Below, one piece after another: positions 18,051 to 27,690 of a DNA stretch of 64,000 nt (position 1 is the first letter of the stretch; each line of letters starts with the position of its first letter). The stretch lies in IMG/VR virus record IMGVR_UViG_3300010340_001122, one strand, 5' to 3'. Source of the stretch: a virus. Its lineage: Duplodnaviria; Caudoviricetes. The notes beneath the pieces are model-generated. The model did not search any database, was not told the DNA's origin, and was given only the letters and a program-made list of their open reading frames with translations. The position numbers and the translations under genes are program-made.

Positions 18051-19280
18051 ATGATTATTGATAAAATAGTGTCCGAAAATAAAATAGTGTTACCACATAA
18101 TAAAGAATATAGTTTGCAGTTTTTACCAGAAAAATTACTTACTATTTCGGAAGTTAAAAATCTAACTTTCAATGGTGAGAAGCTAAAAACATCTTATATA
18201 ATTGATATAGTTCATAATTTACTATTAAAGTATTATTTCAGAAAAGAAAACAAATTCCATCTATCTTCTCTTATTCTAAAAGAGAGATATGGTTACTTAT
18301 ATAACTATTATATTAACTATTTAAAAAATGAGAACATTATTATTTTAAAACGAAATCATCTAAAAGGATCAAATGCCAGAGTTTATTCTCTAAATGAGAA
18401 TATCTTCACCGGAAAGATATATCGATATAAAAATTATGATAAAGTTTTATTAAAAAAGTATCTTAATAAGCATGTTAAGTATGAAATAGATAATAATACA
18501 ATAATTGATTCTAATATTAAAAAGAAGTTAATATCTGATTTATATAGTGTTAATATACAATATGATAGGTCCATATTTTACTTAGACTCATTGAAAAATG
18601 AAGACACTGATATTTATCAACGAAATAAGTACTCAGTTGAGTCTATAAATGATAAACATATCTTCTATCACTTTGATACGTATGGTAGAATGCATACAAA
18701 TTTTACAATTCTTAAATCCTTTATTCGTAAGAATTGTCTTTTAATAGATGGTGAAGAAACTTGTGAAATTGATATTAATAATAGTCAGCCTTTATTTCTA
18801 TGTAAGTTGATTCAAGATTCTGATTCAAGATGGGTTAAAAATGATGAGTTTAATCTTTTTTCAATTTTGGTTAAAGGAGGTAATTATTATCAATATTTAA
18901 TTGATAATTTAAAACTTGATTGTAAATCAGAAGCTAAAAAAATAACATATAAGGTTTTATTTGGTCAAAATAGAGTAAATTCTAAACCTGATAAATTATT
19001 TCAATCTTTATTTCCCAGTATTCATAATTTTATAAAATTATATAAAAAGGAAAATTCTGATTATAAGATACTTGCCTATGATTTGCAGAAAGCAGAGTCT
19101 AATTTAATATTTAACTGTGTAATAAGACGTATTATGGATCTAAACCTAGATATAAAAGTTATTACAGTGCATGATTCTATAATATTTCAAAAAAAATGGA
19201 AAGAAACAGTATCAAATATTTTTTTTAATGAAATTTTTGAACATTTTGATAATAGTTTTCAAAATCAATCTAATATATAA
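18051..19280 (+). CDS. Minimal family-A-polymerase-like protein
   Basis: GRMHT, EIDINNSQP (motif A), AKKITYKVLFG (motif B), LQKAES, TVHDSI (motif C); no exonuclease domain. Confidence 0.6.
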   Translation: MIIDKIVSENKIVLPHNKEYSLQFLPEKLLTISEVKNLTFNGEKLKTSYIIDIVHNLLLKYYFRKENKFHLSSLILKERYGYLYNYYINYLKNENIIILKRNHLKGSNARVYSLNENIFTGKIYRYKNYDKVLLKKYLNKHVKYEIDNNTIIDSNIKKKLISDLYSVNIQYDRSIFYLDSLKNEDTDIYQRNKYSVESINDKHIFYHFDTYGRMHTNFTILKSFIRKNCLLIDGEETCEIDINNSQPLFLCKLIQDSDSRWVKNDEFNLFSILVKGGNYYQYLIDNLKLDCKSEAKKITYKVLFGQNRVNSKPDKLFQSLFPSIHNFIKLYKKENSDYKILAYDLQKAESNLIFNCVIRRIMDLNLDIKVITVHDSIIFQKKWKETVSNIFFNEIFEHFDNSFQNQSNI

Positions 19281-19283
19281 TTT

Positions 19284-19439
19284 ATGAGAACATATTATTT
19301 AAAGCAAAATTATGATGATAATGATATAATTTTAAAATTTAATTGTTATGAATATGATCAAGCTTGTGATTATTTCTCCGTAATTAAAAACCTATCAATT
19401 TACGATTTATTAAAAATTTATGTGGTTGTTTTAAGTTAA
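19284..19439 (+). CDS. Small hypothetical protein (51 aa)
   Basis: Not in track; MRTYYLKQ...; ATG directly after TAATATATA; fills the intergenic gap. Confidence 0.45.
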   Translation: MRTYYLKQNYDDNDIILKFNCYEYDQACDYFSVIKNLSIYDLLKIYVVVLS

Positions 19440-19449
19440 TATATAGATT

Positions 19450-19986
19450 ATGTTAGATCTAAAAAGTCCTCAAATATCTTATGTTTTATTATCATCTGAT
19501 AATATTAGAAGTTTGACTTCATATTTATATTCGAGAGAGTATTATTTACTTGATATTAAAGGATATTATGAGGGAAAATTTGAGGATTCAATACTGGCTT
19601 TTAATTCTTTAGATCATAATCAATTAAGAAATGATTGTCTTCATATAATGGACCATTTTGATCAAGATTATGTTATAGTTAAGTATAAAGATGAATCAGT
19701 TCCTAAAAAACTATTTAAAGATGGACAAGAAAGACAACTCGGTATTTTAATGTATAATACAGATTCTAATAATAAGTCTTATATACATGAAGGACTTTCA
19801 TTTTCTTTTGTTGATAAACAATTATATTATTTTCCAAAAAAGAAAGAGGATTTTAAGCAAGGAATGATTGTTGAATGTTTTTCAAATAATAAATGGATAG
19901 AAAGACGTGTGGCTAATGTTGATATTGAGTTTGAAAAAATGTATAATCTTTTAATGAAATATGATAAAATACGAATATCTATATGA
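19450..19986 (+). CDS. Hypothetical protein
   Basis: 178-aa ORF after TAATATATA. Confidence 0.7.
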   Translation: MLDLKSPQISYVLLSSDNIRSLTSYLYSREYYLLDIKGYYEGKFEDSILAFNSLDHNQLRNDCLHIMDHFDQDYVIVKYKDESVPKKLFKDGQERQLGILMYNTDSNNKSYIHEGLSFSFVDKQLYYFPKKKEDFKQGMIVECFSNNKWIERRVANVDIEFEKMYNLLMKYDKIRISI

Positions 19987-20927
19987 TTTTTATCAAAACA
20001 TTTGAAAATATAAATGTTAATAAAGAAAATTTCATTAAAAAATCAAATATTATCCATAATAATAAATATGATTATTCAAAGGTAGAGTATTTGAACGCTA
20101 GAACACCTGTTAAAATAATCTGTCCTGTGCATGGTGAATTTTTACAATTGCCTTATAATCATTCCCTTGGAAAGGGATGTAAATTTTGTGCAATACATTT
20201 AAATAGTGATAAATTGAAAAAGAGCAAGGATCAATTTATCAGAGATGCTATTAAAGTTCATGGTGATAAATACTCTTATAAAAATTCTCAATATATTAAT
20301 GATTCTTCAAGAATGGAAATAGAGTGTCCTTTACATGGAACATTTTCACAAGTTGCTAATAAACACTTACAAGGTAATGGTTGTCCAGATTGTAAAATTC
20401 AAAAAACAAAAGAAACTAATACAAATAAACATTCGTTATTATTTCCAAAAAAATCTAGTGATATTCATAATAATTATTATGATTATTCTAAAGTAAATTA
20501 TAAAAATTCTAGAACACCTGTTGAAATTATCTGTCCAAAACATGGATCTTTTATTACTATGCCTTATAACCATCTTCTTGGTAGAGGATGTCCAGTCTGT
20601 TCACAATCATATGGTGAAAAAAAAGTAGAAAAATTTTTACTAAGTAAAAAAGTTAGTTATGTGAGACAAAAAAAGTTCACCGATTGTCGAAATAAATCTC
20701 CTCTATCATTTGATTTTTGGATAGAATCTGAGAATATTTTAATTGAATTTGATGGACAACAGCATTATAAAGCATTTGGTTATAGTGGTGGTGTTGATAA
20801 ATTGGAATATACCAAATTATGCGACAATATTAAAAATAAATATTGTATTGAAAATAGAATCAATTTAATTAGAATTCCATATTGGAAATATAATGAAATT
20901 GATTCTATTCTTTCTCAATATTTTTAA
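19983..20927 (+). CDS. Homing-endonuclease-like protein (Zn-ribbon repeats + PD-(D/E)XK), paralog of 14366..15466
   Basis: Three HxxxYxY..Y..I.CP.HG.F....H..G.GC..C repeats; FDFW...IEFDGQQHY. Confidence 0.8.
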   Translation: MIFIKTFENINVNKENFIKKSNIIHNNKYDYSKVEYLNARTPVKIICPVHGEFLQLPYNHSLGKGCKFCAIHLNSDKLKKSKDQFIRDAIKVHGDKYSYKNSQYINDSSRMEIECPLHGTFSQVANKHLQGNGCPDCKIQKTKETNTNKHSLLFPKKSSDIHNNYYDYSKVNYKNSRTPVEIICPKHGSFITMPYNHLLGRGCPVCSQSYGEKKVEKFLLSKKVSYVRQKKFTDCRNKSPLSFDFWIESENILIEFDGQQHYKAFGYSGGVDKLEYTKLCDNIKNKYCIENRINLIRIPYWKYNEIDSILSQYF

Positions 20928-20929
20928 AT

Positions 20930-21679
20930 TCAATTTTTTATACCAATTTTTGGTAGAGAATTATTTATATGTTTTTGTAAATCCTCTTTACTTAGAGACA
21001 TTAGCTTATTAAGAAGTTCTAAATTTCTTTGATATGGTGTTGGATCCGGAGCACCCCTTTCGTGCCATAAATGATAACAAGTTCCTGATTGCTCATACCA
21101 AGTTAAAAATATTTTGGATTTGTGAGATTGAAAATCATCTTCACCTCCCCATCCTATAAATCCTTGGTCAAATCCACCAATTTTAACTATTGCGTTTTTT
21201 CGATACATGATTATGCCACCTGCTAAACAGATTTTTTGAATATCTGTCTCACCTCTACCTGGTCTATTTATTTTAGACATTTGTTCTAAATTCATATTAA
21301 CTTCATTAGAATTTAAATCAATAACTCTACTATATGGAGACACACACTCATAATTATCTAGTTGTTTTAGAGCTTCTATCATTTTATGTGGGTCCATAAT
21401 TAGATCACAATCTCCAAAAACTATTGTTTGCGTTGTGGAATGTTGTAGTCCAACATTAAAAGCCCATGCTTTGTTGAATGGCATTTCGGACTTTGTGAAG
21501 ATATATTTTATACCTTTAAATGTGAAACTTGGTAATTTTGGAGATTTGTCTTGTTCTACGATTATTATTTCTACTCCTCCAAATCCTGTTACCCAATCCA
21601 ATACTCTTCTCAGATTGTGTATTCTATCATTTCTATGTTTATAAGCTATGATAAATGTGAATAAATGTGAATTTGCCAC
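20930..21679 (-). CDS. GT-A fold glycosyltransferase (GT2/GT7-like)
   Basis: FNKAWAFNVG, DCD (DxD), GGFDQGFIGWGGEDDDF, YHLWH. Confidence 0.85.
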   Translation of the reverse strand: MANSHLFTFIIAYKHRNDRIHNLRRVLDWVTGFGGVEIIIVEQDKSPKLPSFTFKGIKYIFTKSEMPFNKAWAFNVGLQHSTTQTIVFGDCDLIMDPHKMIEALKQLDNYECVSPYSRVIDLNSNEVNMNLEQMSKINRPGRGETDIQKICLAGGIIMYRKNAIVKIGGFDQGFIGWGGEDDFQSHKSKIFLTWYEQSGTCYHLWHERGAPDPTPYQRNLELLNKLMSLSKEDLQKHINNSLPKIGIKN

Positions 21680-21747
21680 TTTTAATTTTGTTTTTTATTT
21701 ATATTAAATAAACCTATAATTGTTGAAAATTTTCATATATTTGTAGT

Positions 21748-22782
21748 ATGGATATAAAAAAGACTTTTATAAATCTTACTAAGTTTACTTACACACACGG
21801 GAATGAATTTTTACTTGAAAAATATCTACCATCTGGGTTTGAGAAAGACGAGTTTGATAATTATTTTTATAAAATCGGTGATAGTGATACTATGTTTACT
21901 TGTCATTTAGATACTGCTACATCAAAATTTAAAATTGTCAATCATATTTTTGAAAATAATTTTATAAAAACTGATGGCACTACAATATTAGGTGCAGATG
22001 ATAAGGCTGGTATGACTATTATACTTTATATGATATCTAAAGAAATACCAGGGCTTTATTATTTTTTTATCGGCGAAGAAGTAGGTTGTATAGGTTCTGG
22101 TAATGCTGCTACTTTAGATTTTAGTAAATATAAAAAATGTGTATCTTTTGACCGGCGCGGCTATGGGTCAGTTATAACACACCAACTAAGAGGAAGATGT
22201 TGTTCACCAGTATTTGCTGATAAATTATCAGAAGAGCTTACAAGATGTGGACTTCCATACAGTCCAGATTCTACTGGTATAATGACAGATTCTGCAATGT
22301 TTGTTGATCAGATTCCTGAGTGTACAAATATTTCAGTTGGGTATTTTAAAGAACATACTCTGAATGAGTCACAGGATATTCTTTATTTGAAAGAACTTTG
22401 TCAAGTTTGTACTGAGGTAAATTGGGATCAATTACCAATTGAAAGAGATCCTTTTATTTATGATAAATATTTCTTTGATGATGTTAATGAAGAAAAAGAA
22501 TATGAATCTGCTAAATTGAAAGTTTGGGTCGGTGATTATCTATATCTTGTTAAATTGACTTCGTATAGAATTATTGATGAAAATAAGTTAATATATGACT
22601 GGGTTTCTAAAACAGGATCATATGCCGGTCTTTTAGGTATAAGCTGGAATGGTAAGTCTTGTTATGTTCAGTATGATGAATATAATGAATATATTGGTGA
22701 CCGCGAAGATATTATTCAAGTCATAGAATCGATTAATTATATACCTCTTAATGATATGATCATACTTAAAAGAATAAAATAA
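21748..22782 (+). CDS. M28-like zinc peptidase, paralog of 1505..2863
   Basis: CHLDT, GADDKAG, GEEVG, SFDRR, NISVGYFKEH; TATATTTG 4 nt before ATG. Confidence 0.8.
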   Translation: MDIKKTFINLTKFTYTHGNEFLLEKYLPSGFEKDEFDNYFYKIGDSDTMFTCHLDTATSKFKIVNHIFENNFIKTDGTTILGADDKAGMTIILYMISKEIPGLYYFFIGEEVGCIGSGNAATLDFSKYKKCVSFDRRGYGSVITHQLRGRCCSPVFADKLSEELTRCGLPYSPDSTGIMTDSAMFVDQIPECTNISVGYFKEHTLNESQDILYLKELCQVCTEVNWDQLPIERDPFIYDKYFFDDVNEEKEYESAKLKVWVGDYLYLVKLTSYRIIDENKLIYDWVSKTGSYAGLLGISWNGKSCYVQYDEYNEYIGDREDIIQVIESINYIPLNDMIILKRIK

Positions 22783-22808
22783 AAAAACTCTCAAATGAGA
22801 GTTTTTTT
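22781..22808. terminator. Bidirectional intrinsic terminator
   Basis: AAAAAAACTCTC-aaat-GAGAGTTTTTTT between convergent genes. Confidence 0.8.
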
Positions 22809-22809
22809 A

Positions 22810-22992
22810 TTATCCGAGTATAAGTCCAGGATTTTTGTATTCTTTTTGAGTTGCTATTTCTAACATTTGAGTTGATGTTAGTTCTTTAGCGTTCCAACCT
22901 TTCTTTTTAGAATACTCGTTTACAAATTTTTCTCTAAGTAAAAGTTGCTCTTCATCAGTAAGAACATTCTTTTTTAAGTTATTTTCAATCAT
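22810..22992 (-). CDS. Small hypothetical protein
   Basis: 60-aa ORF with upstream TATATATA motif. Confidence 0.65.
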   Translation of the reverse strand: MIENNLKKNVLTDEEQLLLREKFVNEYSKKKGWNAKELTSTQMLEIATQKEYKNPGLILG

Positions 22993-23003
22993 TTTGATGA
23001 ATT

Positions 23004-23035
23004 TTTGTTTATATATATAAAAATTTGTATCTTTG
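23004..23035 (+). promoter_or_regulatory. Bacteroidota-type promoter for the 2H gene
   Basis: TTTG 23004-23007, 20-nt spacer, TATCTTTG 23028-23035, ATG at 23040. Confidence 0.65.
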
Positions 23036-23039
23036 TATT

Positions 23040-23564
23040 ATGTTAATCAAGGTAAAAGGTATATTAGATTTTAGCCCAGAAGATGTGACTAGAAAACATA
23101 AAAACCAATCTTCTTGGAAGCGTGTCGCAATGATCCGTACAGATTGTGATATGGATCGATACTATGCTTGGTTTTTAAAGAAAAGATTTAACATTGAATT
23201 AAATCAAAATTTAAGAGGTTCTCACGTTACTTTTATTTCTGATAAAATGGAAAAATCTGTTTTTGATGAGGCTTCTAATATATTTAATGGTAAGGAAATT
23301 TATTTTTATATTGAAACTGAACCAAGAAGTGATGGTAAACACTGGTGGTTAAGAGTTTATTGTCCTGATGCTGAAAGTATTAGAGAGGCTCTAGGTTTAA
23401 CAAGAGATCCATATTTTGGTCTTCACTTAACTATTGGTCATGCTAATGAGAAAAATATTCTTCACTCTGAATACATTCTTAGACAATGTAAGATGTTTGA
23501 ATTAATTTCAAATGAACCAAGAAAACCATTTAATGAACATGATATCAAGGAGTTCAATGTCTAA
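23040..23564 (+). CDS. 2H phosphoesterase family protein
   Basis: Two HxT motifs (GSHVTF, LHLTIG) about 67 aa apart. Confidence 0.7.
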   Translation: MLIKVKGILDFSPEDVTRKHKNQSSWKRVAMIRTDCDMDRYYAWFLKKRFNIELNQNLRGSHVTFISDKMEKSVFDEASNIFNGKEIYFYIETEPRSDGKHWWLRVYCPDAESIREALGLTRDPYFGLHLTIGHANEKNILHSEYILRQCKMFELISNEPRKPFNEHDIKEFNV

Positions 23565-23901
23565 TATATTTGCAGATAAGTTAGTAATAATAAATTCGAG
23601 ATTGGTTGCTAATCAAAATCTCGAATTGGAAGATCTTATAAAAATTGAAAAGCTTCACATGGTGAGAAATTGTTATCTCACCTTGATGGAGAATACCGAT
23701 GATTCTGTTGAGTTAAAAAGATTGAGTTTATTTATTACTCAAATAGATTTCCAATTACAAAAATTGTGGAAATTTAAAGTTGATTCTAACTATCACCGAT
23801 TTTGGGAGCTTCCAAAATGTCAGTGTTCTATATTGGATAATCGAGAAAAATATGGCACAGGTCATAGATATTATAATCCAAATTGTCCTATACATGGTTA
23901 A
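23557..23901 (+). CDS. Hypothetical protein with C-terminal Cys/His cluster
   Basis: HRFWxLPKCQC...CPIHG. Confidence 0.65.
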   Translation: MSNIFADKLVIINSRLVANQNLELEDLIKIEKLHMVRNCYLTLMENTDDSVELKRLSLFITQIDFQLQKLWKFKVDSNYHRFWELPKCQCSILDNREKYGTGHRYYNPNCPIHG

Positions 23902-23998
23902 TTATATCATCATCTTTTAAATCTGTAAGTATAGCTAAAACATCTAAAATATCATTAGATTTCGATTCATTTAAATTTATTTTTTTCAAATATTTCAT
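23888..23998 (-). CDS. Tiny 36-aa protein with CTS-like N-terminus
   Basis: Not in track; MKYLKKINLNESKSNDILDVLAILTDLKDDDIINHV after TAATATATA. Confidence 0.45.
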   Translation of the reverse strand: MKYLKKINLNESKSNDILDVLAILTDLKDDDIINHV

Positions 23999-24046
23999 TA
24001 GATATATATTAAACAATTGGCATACATTTTTGTATAATTTTTAATT

Positions 24047-24856
24047 ATGCCAGAAGCTCCAGAAATTCGTATTATGTCTGATTTTATAAATCAGAACTCA
24101 AAGAGTAACAAATTTAAAAAACTTTTTCATGTTGAAAAGGGTAATAATGCCGTAGATTCTAACTATAATGAATATGTTGTTTCCGCCGATTTCTATGGAA
24201 AACAACTTCAATTAAAGTTTTTTAATAGATTAAATCAATCCATGGATATTTCAGTATTTATGGGTATGAGTGGTAATTGGAAATTAGTTCCGACTGAATC
24301 TTGGTCGGATACTAAATTTACTCGTATGCGATTAGATCGAGATGATGGAATGAGTCTTCTTTTATATGGCGGTTATATGGGGCCAAAGTATAAAATAGGT
24401 GGCTTTAATACAAAAAGAGGATTTGATATTATCAAAGACTTTGATAAGTTTAAAAATAATGTCATTTTAAATTTAAGTTCTAAAGTATTTGATAAGCCTA
24501 TTTGTGAAGTTCTTTTAGATCAGAAATATTTTGATGGAGTTGGTAATTATATTAGAAGCACAATACTTTACTATTTAGATGTTAATCCATTTAAATCGGC
24601 ACGAGAAGTTATCAAAAATAATCCGAATATTTTTGATATGTGTAGAGAAGTTATTGAAAAATCATATATTTTAAATGGAGGTCAATTAAGAGATTGGCAA
24701 AATCCTAATCCGAATTTAAGTTCGGAAGAATTTCTTAAATGGGTTTTTTATCAAAAAGGAATTTCTTGTGAGGATAAAACTGGAAGAACATTCTGGTTTT
24801 CTGAAAAATGGGCGAGTGAATGTCCATATAAAATTAAACAATTAGTATGGAGTTAA
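24047..24856 (+). CDS. Fpg/Nei-family DNA glycosylase/AP lyase
   Basis: N-terminal MPExPE, GKQL, MGMSG, H2TH LLDQKYFDGVGNYIRS. Confidence 0.9.
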   Translation: MPEAPEIRIMSDFINQNSKSNKFKKLFHVEKGNNAVDSNYNEYVVSADFYGKQLQLKFFNRLNQSMDISVFMGMSGNWKLVPTESWSDTKFTRMRLDRDDGMSLLLYGGYMGPKYKIGGFNTKRGFDIIKDFDKFKNNVILNLSSKVFDKPICEVLLDQKYFDGVGNYIRSTILYYLDVNPFKSAREVIKNNPNIFDMCREVIEKSYILNGGQLRDWQNPNPNLSSEEFLKWVFYQKGISCEDKTGRTFWFSEKWASECPYKIKQLVWS

Positions 24857-25290
24857 TAACCACATATATTTGTAAAACATCAGATCTGGGAGTACATGGA
24901 AATATGTTTGGTGGTACTTTAGTATCAATAATTGATGATGCGGGTGCTTCTTATGCTTCACAAATTTGTGATACGCCACGAATGGTTACAATTAAGATTG
25001 ATGAATTTATTTTTAAAAAGCCTATAAAAGTTGGAAATCTAATAAAGGTTTATGGTGAAGTTCGTGAGTTCGGAAACAGCTCCGTGACTTTGTACTTAGA
25101 GGTAAGAAGACATAATGTTTATACTGGTGACCAGGATGTTGTTACACACACTAATATCAAATTTGTTCGTATAGATGATGAAGGAAATGCTATTCCTATT
25201 TCTGAAAGAGTCAAACTGAGATATTCTGAAAGAGTCAAACAGTTTGGAAAAGGTTTACTTTCAAATGAAGAAAAAAAAGTATCTAAATGA
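24847..25290 (+). CDS. HotDog acyl-CoA thioesterase (YciA-like)
   Basis: HGNMFGG..IDD.G...VT..ID...F.KPI.VG...GNSS...FVRID. Confidence 0.85.
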   Translation: MELITTYICKTSDLGVHGNMFGGTLVSIIDDAGASYASQICDTPRMVTIKIDEFIFKKPIKVGNLIKVYGEVREFGNSSVTLYLEVRRHNVYTGDQDVVTHTNIKFVRIDDEGNAIPISERVKLRYSERVKQFGKGLLSNEEKKVSK

Positions 25291-25496
25291 AAGGACAACT
25301 TAATAAAAGAGATCTTGAGAATATCGGAGAATATTATGGAGTAGATATTATTGACGAAATGACTTCTATTTTATCGGATGAATTAGCTAAATCAATTGAT
25401 GCTGAAATTATTAAAAATCTATTCAATAATGAAAAGCAAGAAAAGATTAATAGAATTATAGAAAAAATTAATAAATTTAATGAACAATCTAGATAA
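25287..25496 (+). CDS. Small protein resembling the gp23 major-capsid spine helix
   Basis: YGVDIIDEMTSILSDELAKSIDAEII in register with gp23 HGMDADAELSGILATEIMLEINREVV (from memory); coupled to both neighbours. Confidence 0.6.
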   Translation: MKGQLNKRDLENIGEYYGVDIIDEMTSILSDELAKSIDAEIIKNLFNNEKQEKINRIIEKINKFNEQSR

Positions 25497-26727
25497 AAAA
25501 TATACAGCACTACTTCAAGACATACTTGACAATGGAGTTGAAAAGAAAGATAGAACTGGTACTGGAACAATATCAGTATTTGGTCGCCAAATTAGACATA
25601 AAATGTCAGAAGGATTTCCTTTACTTACTACTAAGAAAATGTATATGAAGGGAATTGTGACCGAATTATTATGGTTTTTAAGAGGTGATACCAACATCCA
25701 ATATCTTGTTGATAATGATTGTCATATTTGGGATGGTGATGCTTATAAAAACTATATTTCTAAGGGAGGAAAAGATTATTCTGAAAAATCAATGAAACAA
25801 ATTTCTTCTCATTTTTCAAAAGAAGAATTCATTAACAAAATAAAAACCGATAATGAGTTTGCTAAGACTTGGGGAGAACTCGGTCCAGTGTATGGTAGAC
25901 AGTGGAGAAGTTGGAAATCATTTGAACACGAGTATGGTGAGGATGAGAATGGTGATGATTTTATTGGAATGTGGAAAGGAAAAGAAAAAATAGACCAAAT
26001 CGCAAACCTAATTAACGACCTTAAAACAAACCCAGACTCAAGACGATTAATGGTTAATGCTTGGAATGTAGGGGAAATTGATGAGATGGTTTTACCACCT
26101 TGTCATTACGGATTTCAAGTTTACACAAGAGAGTTGAGTTTTAATGAGAGATTAGATATCGCCGGTAAAAATAATGGATATGAATATCCTAATAGAATTA
26201 ATGTTACTAAAGAAGATAATAAATTTTGGAATGAATGGCTTTTTGAAAAAAATGTTCCAACCAGAGCAGTCTCTCTAATGTGGAATCAACGAAGTGTAGA
26301 TACATTCTTAGGATTACCATTCAACATAGCTTCTTATGGTTTATTGCTTGAAATCATTGCCAAAGAAGTAAACATGGTACCTGATGAATTAATTGGAAAT
26401 TTAGGTGATGTTCATTTATATTCAAATCACATTGAACAAGCCAAAGAACAAATTGGTAGAGAATTAAGCTTAGATGAGAGAAGGGAGATAGCTAATTTAA
26501 AACAAAACGATATTCATTATGGTGAGTTCATATCACCTATGACTATAGAACATTGGGATAGAATCAATATCCCAATCAGAACAAGAGAACCATATCCATT
26601 ACCAATATTAAAGATAGCGGAAAACGGACCATCAATAATTGAAAAGATAAGGTATTGGCGATCTGGAGATTTTGTAATTGAAAACTATCAATCCCACCCA
26701 ACAATTAAAGCTCCTTTGAGTAATTAA
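25480..26727 (+). CDS. thyA: Thymidylate synthase (with insertions)
   Basis: DRTGTGT, FPLLTTKK, ELLWF, LGPVYGRQWR, PDSRR, LPPCH, QRSVD.FLGLPFN, GDVHLYSNH. Confidence 0.97.
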   Translation: MNNLDKKYTALLQDILDNGVEKKDRTGTGTISVFGRQIRHKMSEGFPLLTTKKMYMKGIVTELLWFLRGDTNIQYLVDNDCHIWDGDAYKNYISKGGKDYSEKSMKQISSHFSKEEFINKIKTDNEFAKTWGELGPVYGRQWRSWKSFEHEYGEDENGDDFIGMWKGKEKIDQIANLINDLKTNPDSRRLMVNAWNVGEIDEMVLPPCHYGFQVYTRELSFNERLDIAGKNNGYEYPNRINVTKEDNKFWNEWLFEKNVPTRAVSLMWNQRSVDTFLGLPFNIASYGLLLEIIAKEVNMVPDELIGNLGDVHLYSNHIEQAKEQIGRELSLDERREIANLKQNDIHYGEFISPMTIEHWDRINIPIRTREPYPLPILKIAENGPSIIEKIRYWRSGDFVIENYQSHPTIKAPLSN

Positions 26728-26743
26728 AAAATAATTTAATAAT

Positions 26744-27241
26744 ATGAGTAAAGAAATAGAATACGATCCAATTTATGATAGTATAGTTCAGCAAATCAAA
26801 CAAATTGATAGAGATGATCTTTCAGATGATGTTGATCAAGGACCATTGAGTTCAGAAGTTGAAAAACAAAAAGTTTATATATGGATTCGTTTGTATATAA
26901 AAGAGGAAATGTCTGGACTTAAAGAAGGTGATGACTTTAAAATCAAATATCTTGATTCTGGTGAGGAGTTAATTACTAAGTTTATTTGTTTTGGTAAAAA
27001 GAATTCATTTAAAGATTCTGATGATTATGATCAAATTCAAATTACATCTGAAGATGATACTAAATGTTTGTGTTTAATGGTTGATGAGCAAGAGATACAG
27101 ACATCAGATGCTATACCATTTATTAGAAGTTTATTTAGAGTTTCAAAGCATTTTGAATACCAGGTTTATAAAAGAGAAGATTTAACATTTACAAATGTTA
27201 GGACTGGTGAATCGGTTGAATATATTGATTGTGATTTTTAA
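26744..27241 (+). CDS. Hypothetical protein
   Basis: 165-aa ORF. Confidence 0.7.
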   Translation: MSKEIEYDPIYDSIVQQIKQIDRDDLSDDVDQGPLSSEVEKQKVYIWIRLYIKEEMSGLKEGDDFKIKYLDSGEELITKFICFGKKNSFKDSDDYDQIQITSEDDTKCLCLMVDEQEIQTSDAIPFIRSLFRVSKHFEYQVYKREDLTFTNVRTGESVEYIDCDF

Positions 27242-27645
27242 TTTCTAAATATAAATAAAAATCTCGATTGGGGGATCCTTTTAGATTTTAAATACTGGTT
27301 TTCATATGCTGTTAGTAATTCACAATTAAATTCAGATTGAAATCTTTTTAATAAGTCTTCACAATCATTATTAAATTCATATAGATCTTTATAGAAAACC
27401 TTAAATAAATCCATGTGTATTATTAAATAAACCTCATTTATATTTTTAATTTCTTTTCCAATTGATATTAATCTATGATATGAGGATATATCTTCTTCTT
27501 CTATAAAGAAGTTATATCCTCCTCTGCAATTAGAATCACCTTCGAATACCATGTCCCATTTATCAACCAATTCTTGAAAAATATCTTTTATTTCTTCTAT
27601 ATCTGGTTGATTAGAAAAACTTTCAAATTTTGAAATAATATACAT
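27238..27645 (-). CDS. Hypothetical protein
   Basis: Likely start MYIISKFESF after a TATATATA motif. Confidence 0.6.
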   Translation of the reverse strand: MYIISKFESFSNQPDIEEIKDIFQELVDKWDMVFEGDSNCRGGYNFFIEEEDISSYHRLISIGKEIKNINEVYLIIHMDLFKVFYKDLYEFNNDCEDLLKRFQSEFNCELLTAYENQYLKSKRIPQSRFLFIFRN

Positions 27646-27690
27646 GACATATATATAAAAATAGTATATAAAAAAAATAAGTAAAAAATA

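Noticed and set aside
25201-25240. 16-nt direct repeat TCTGAAAGAGTCAAAC
   Set aside because: Small in-frame duplication (SERVK twice) in the thioesterase tail with no other support
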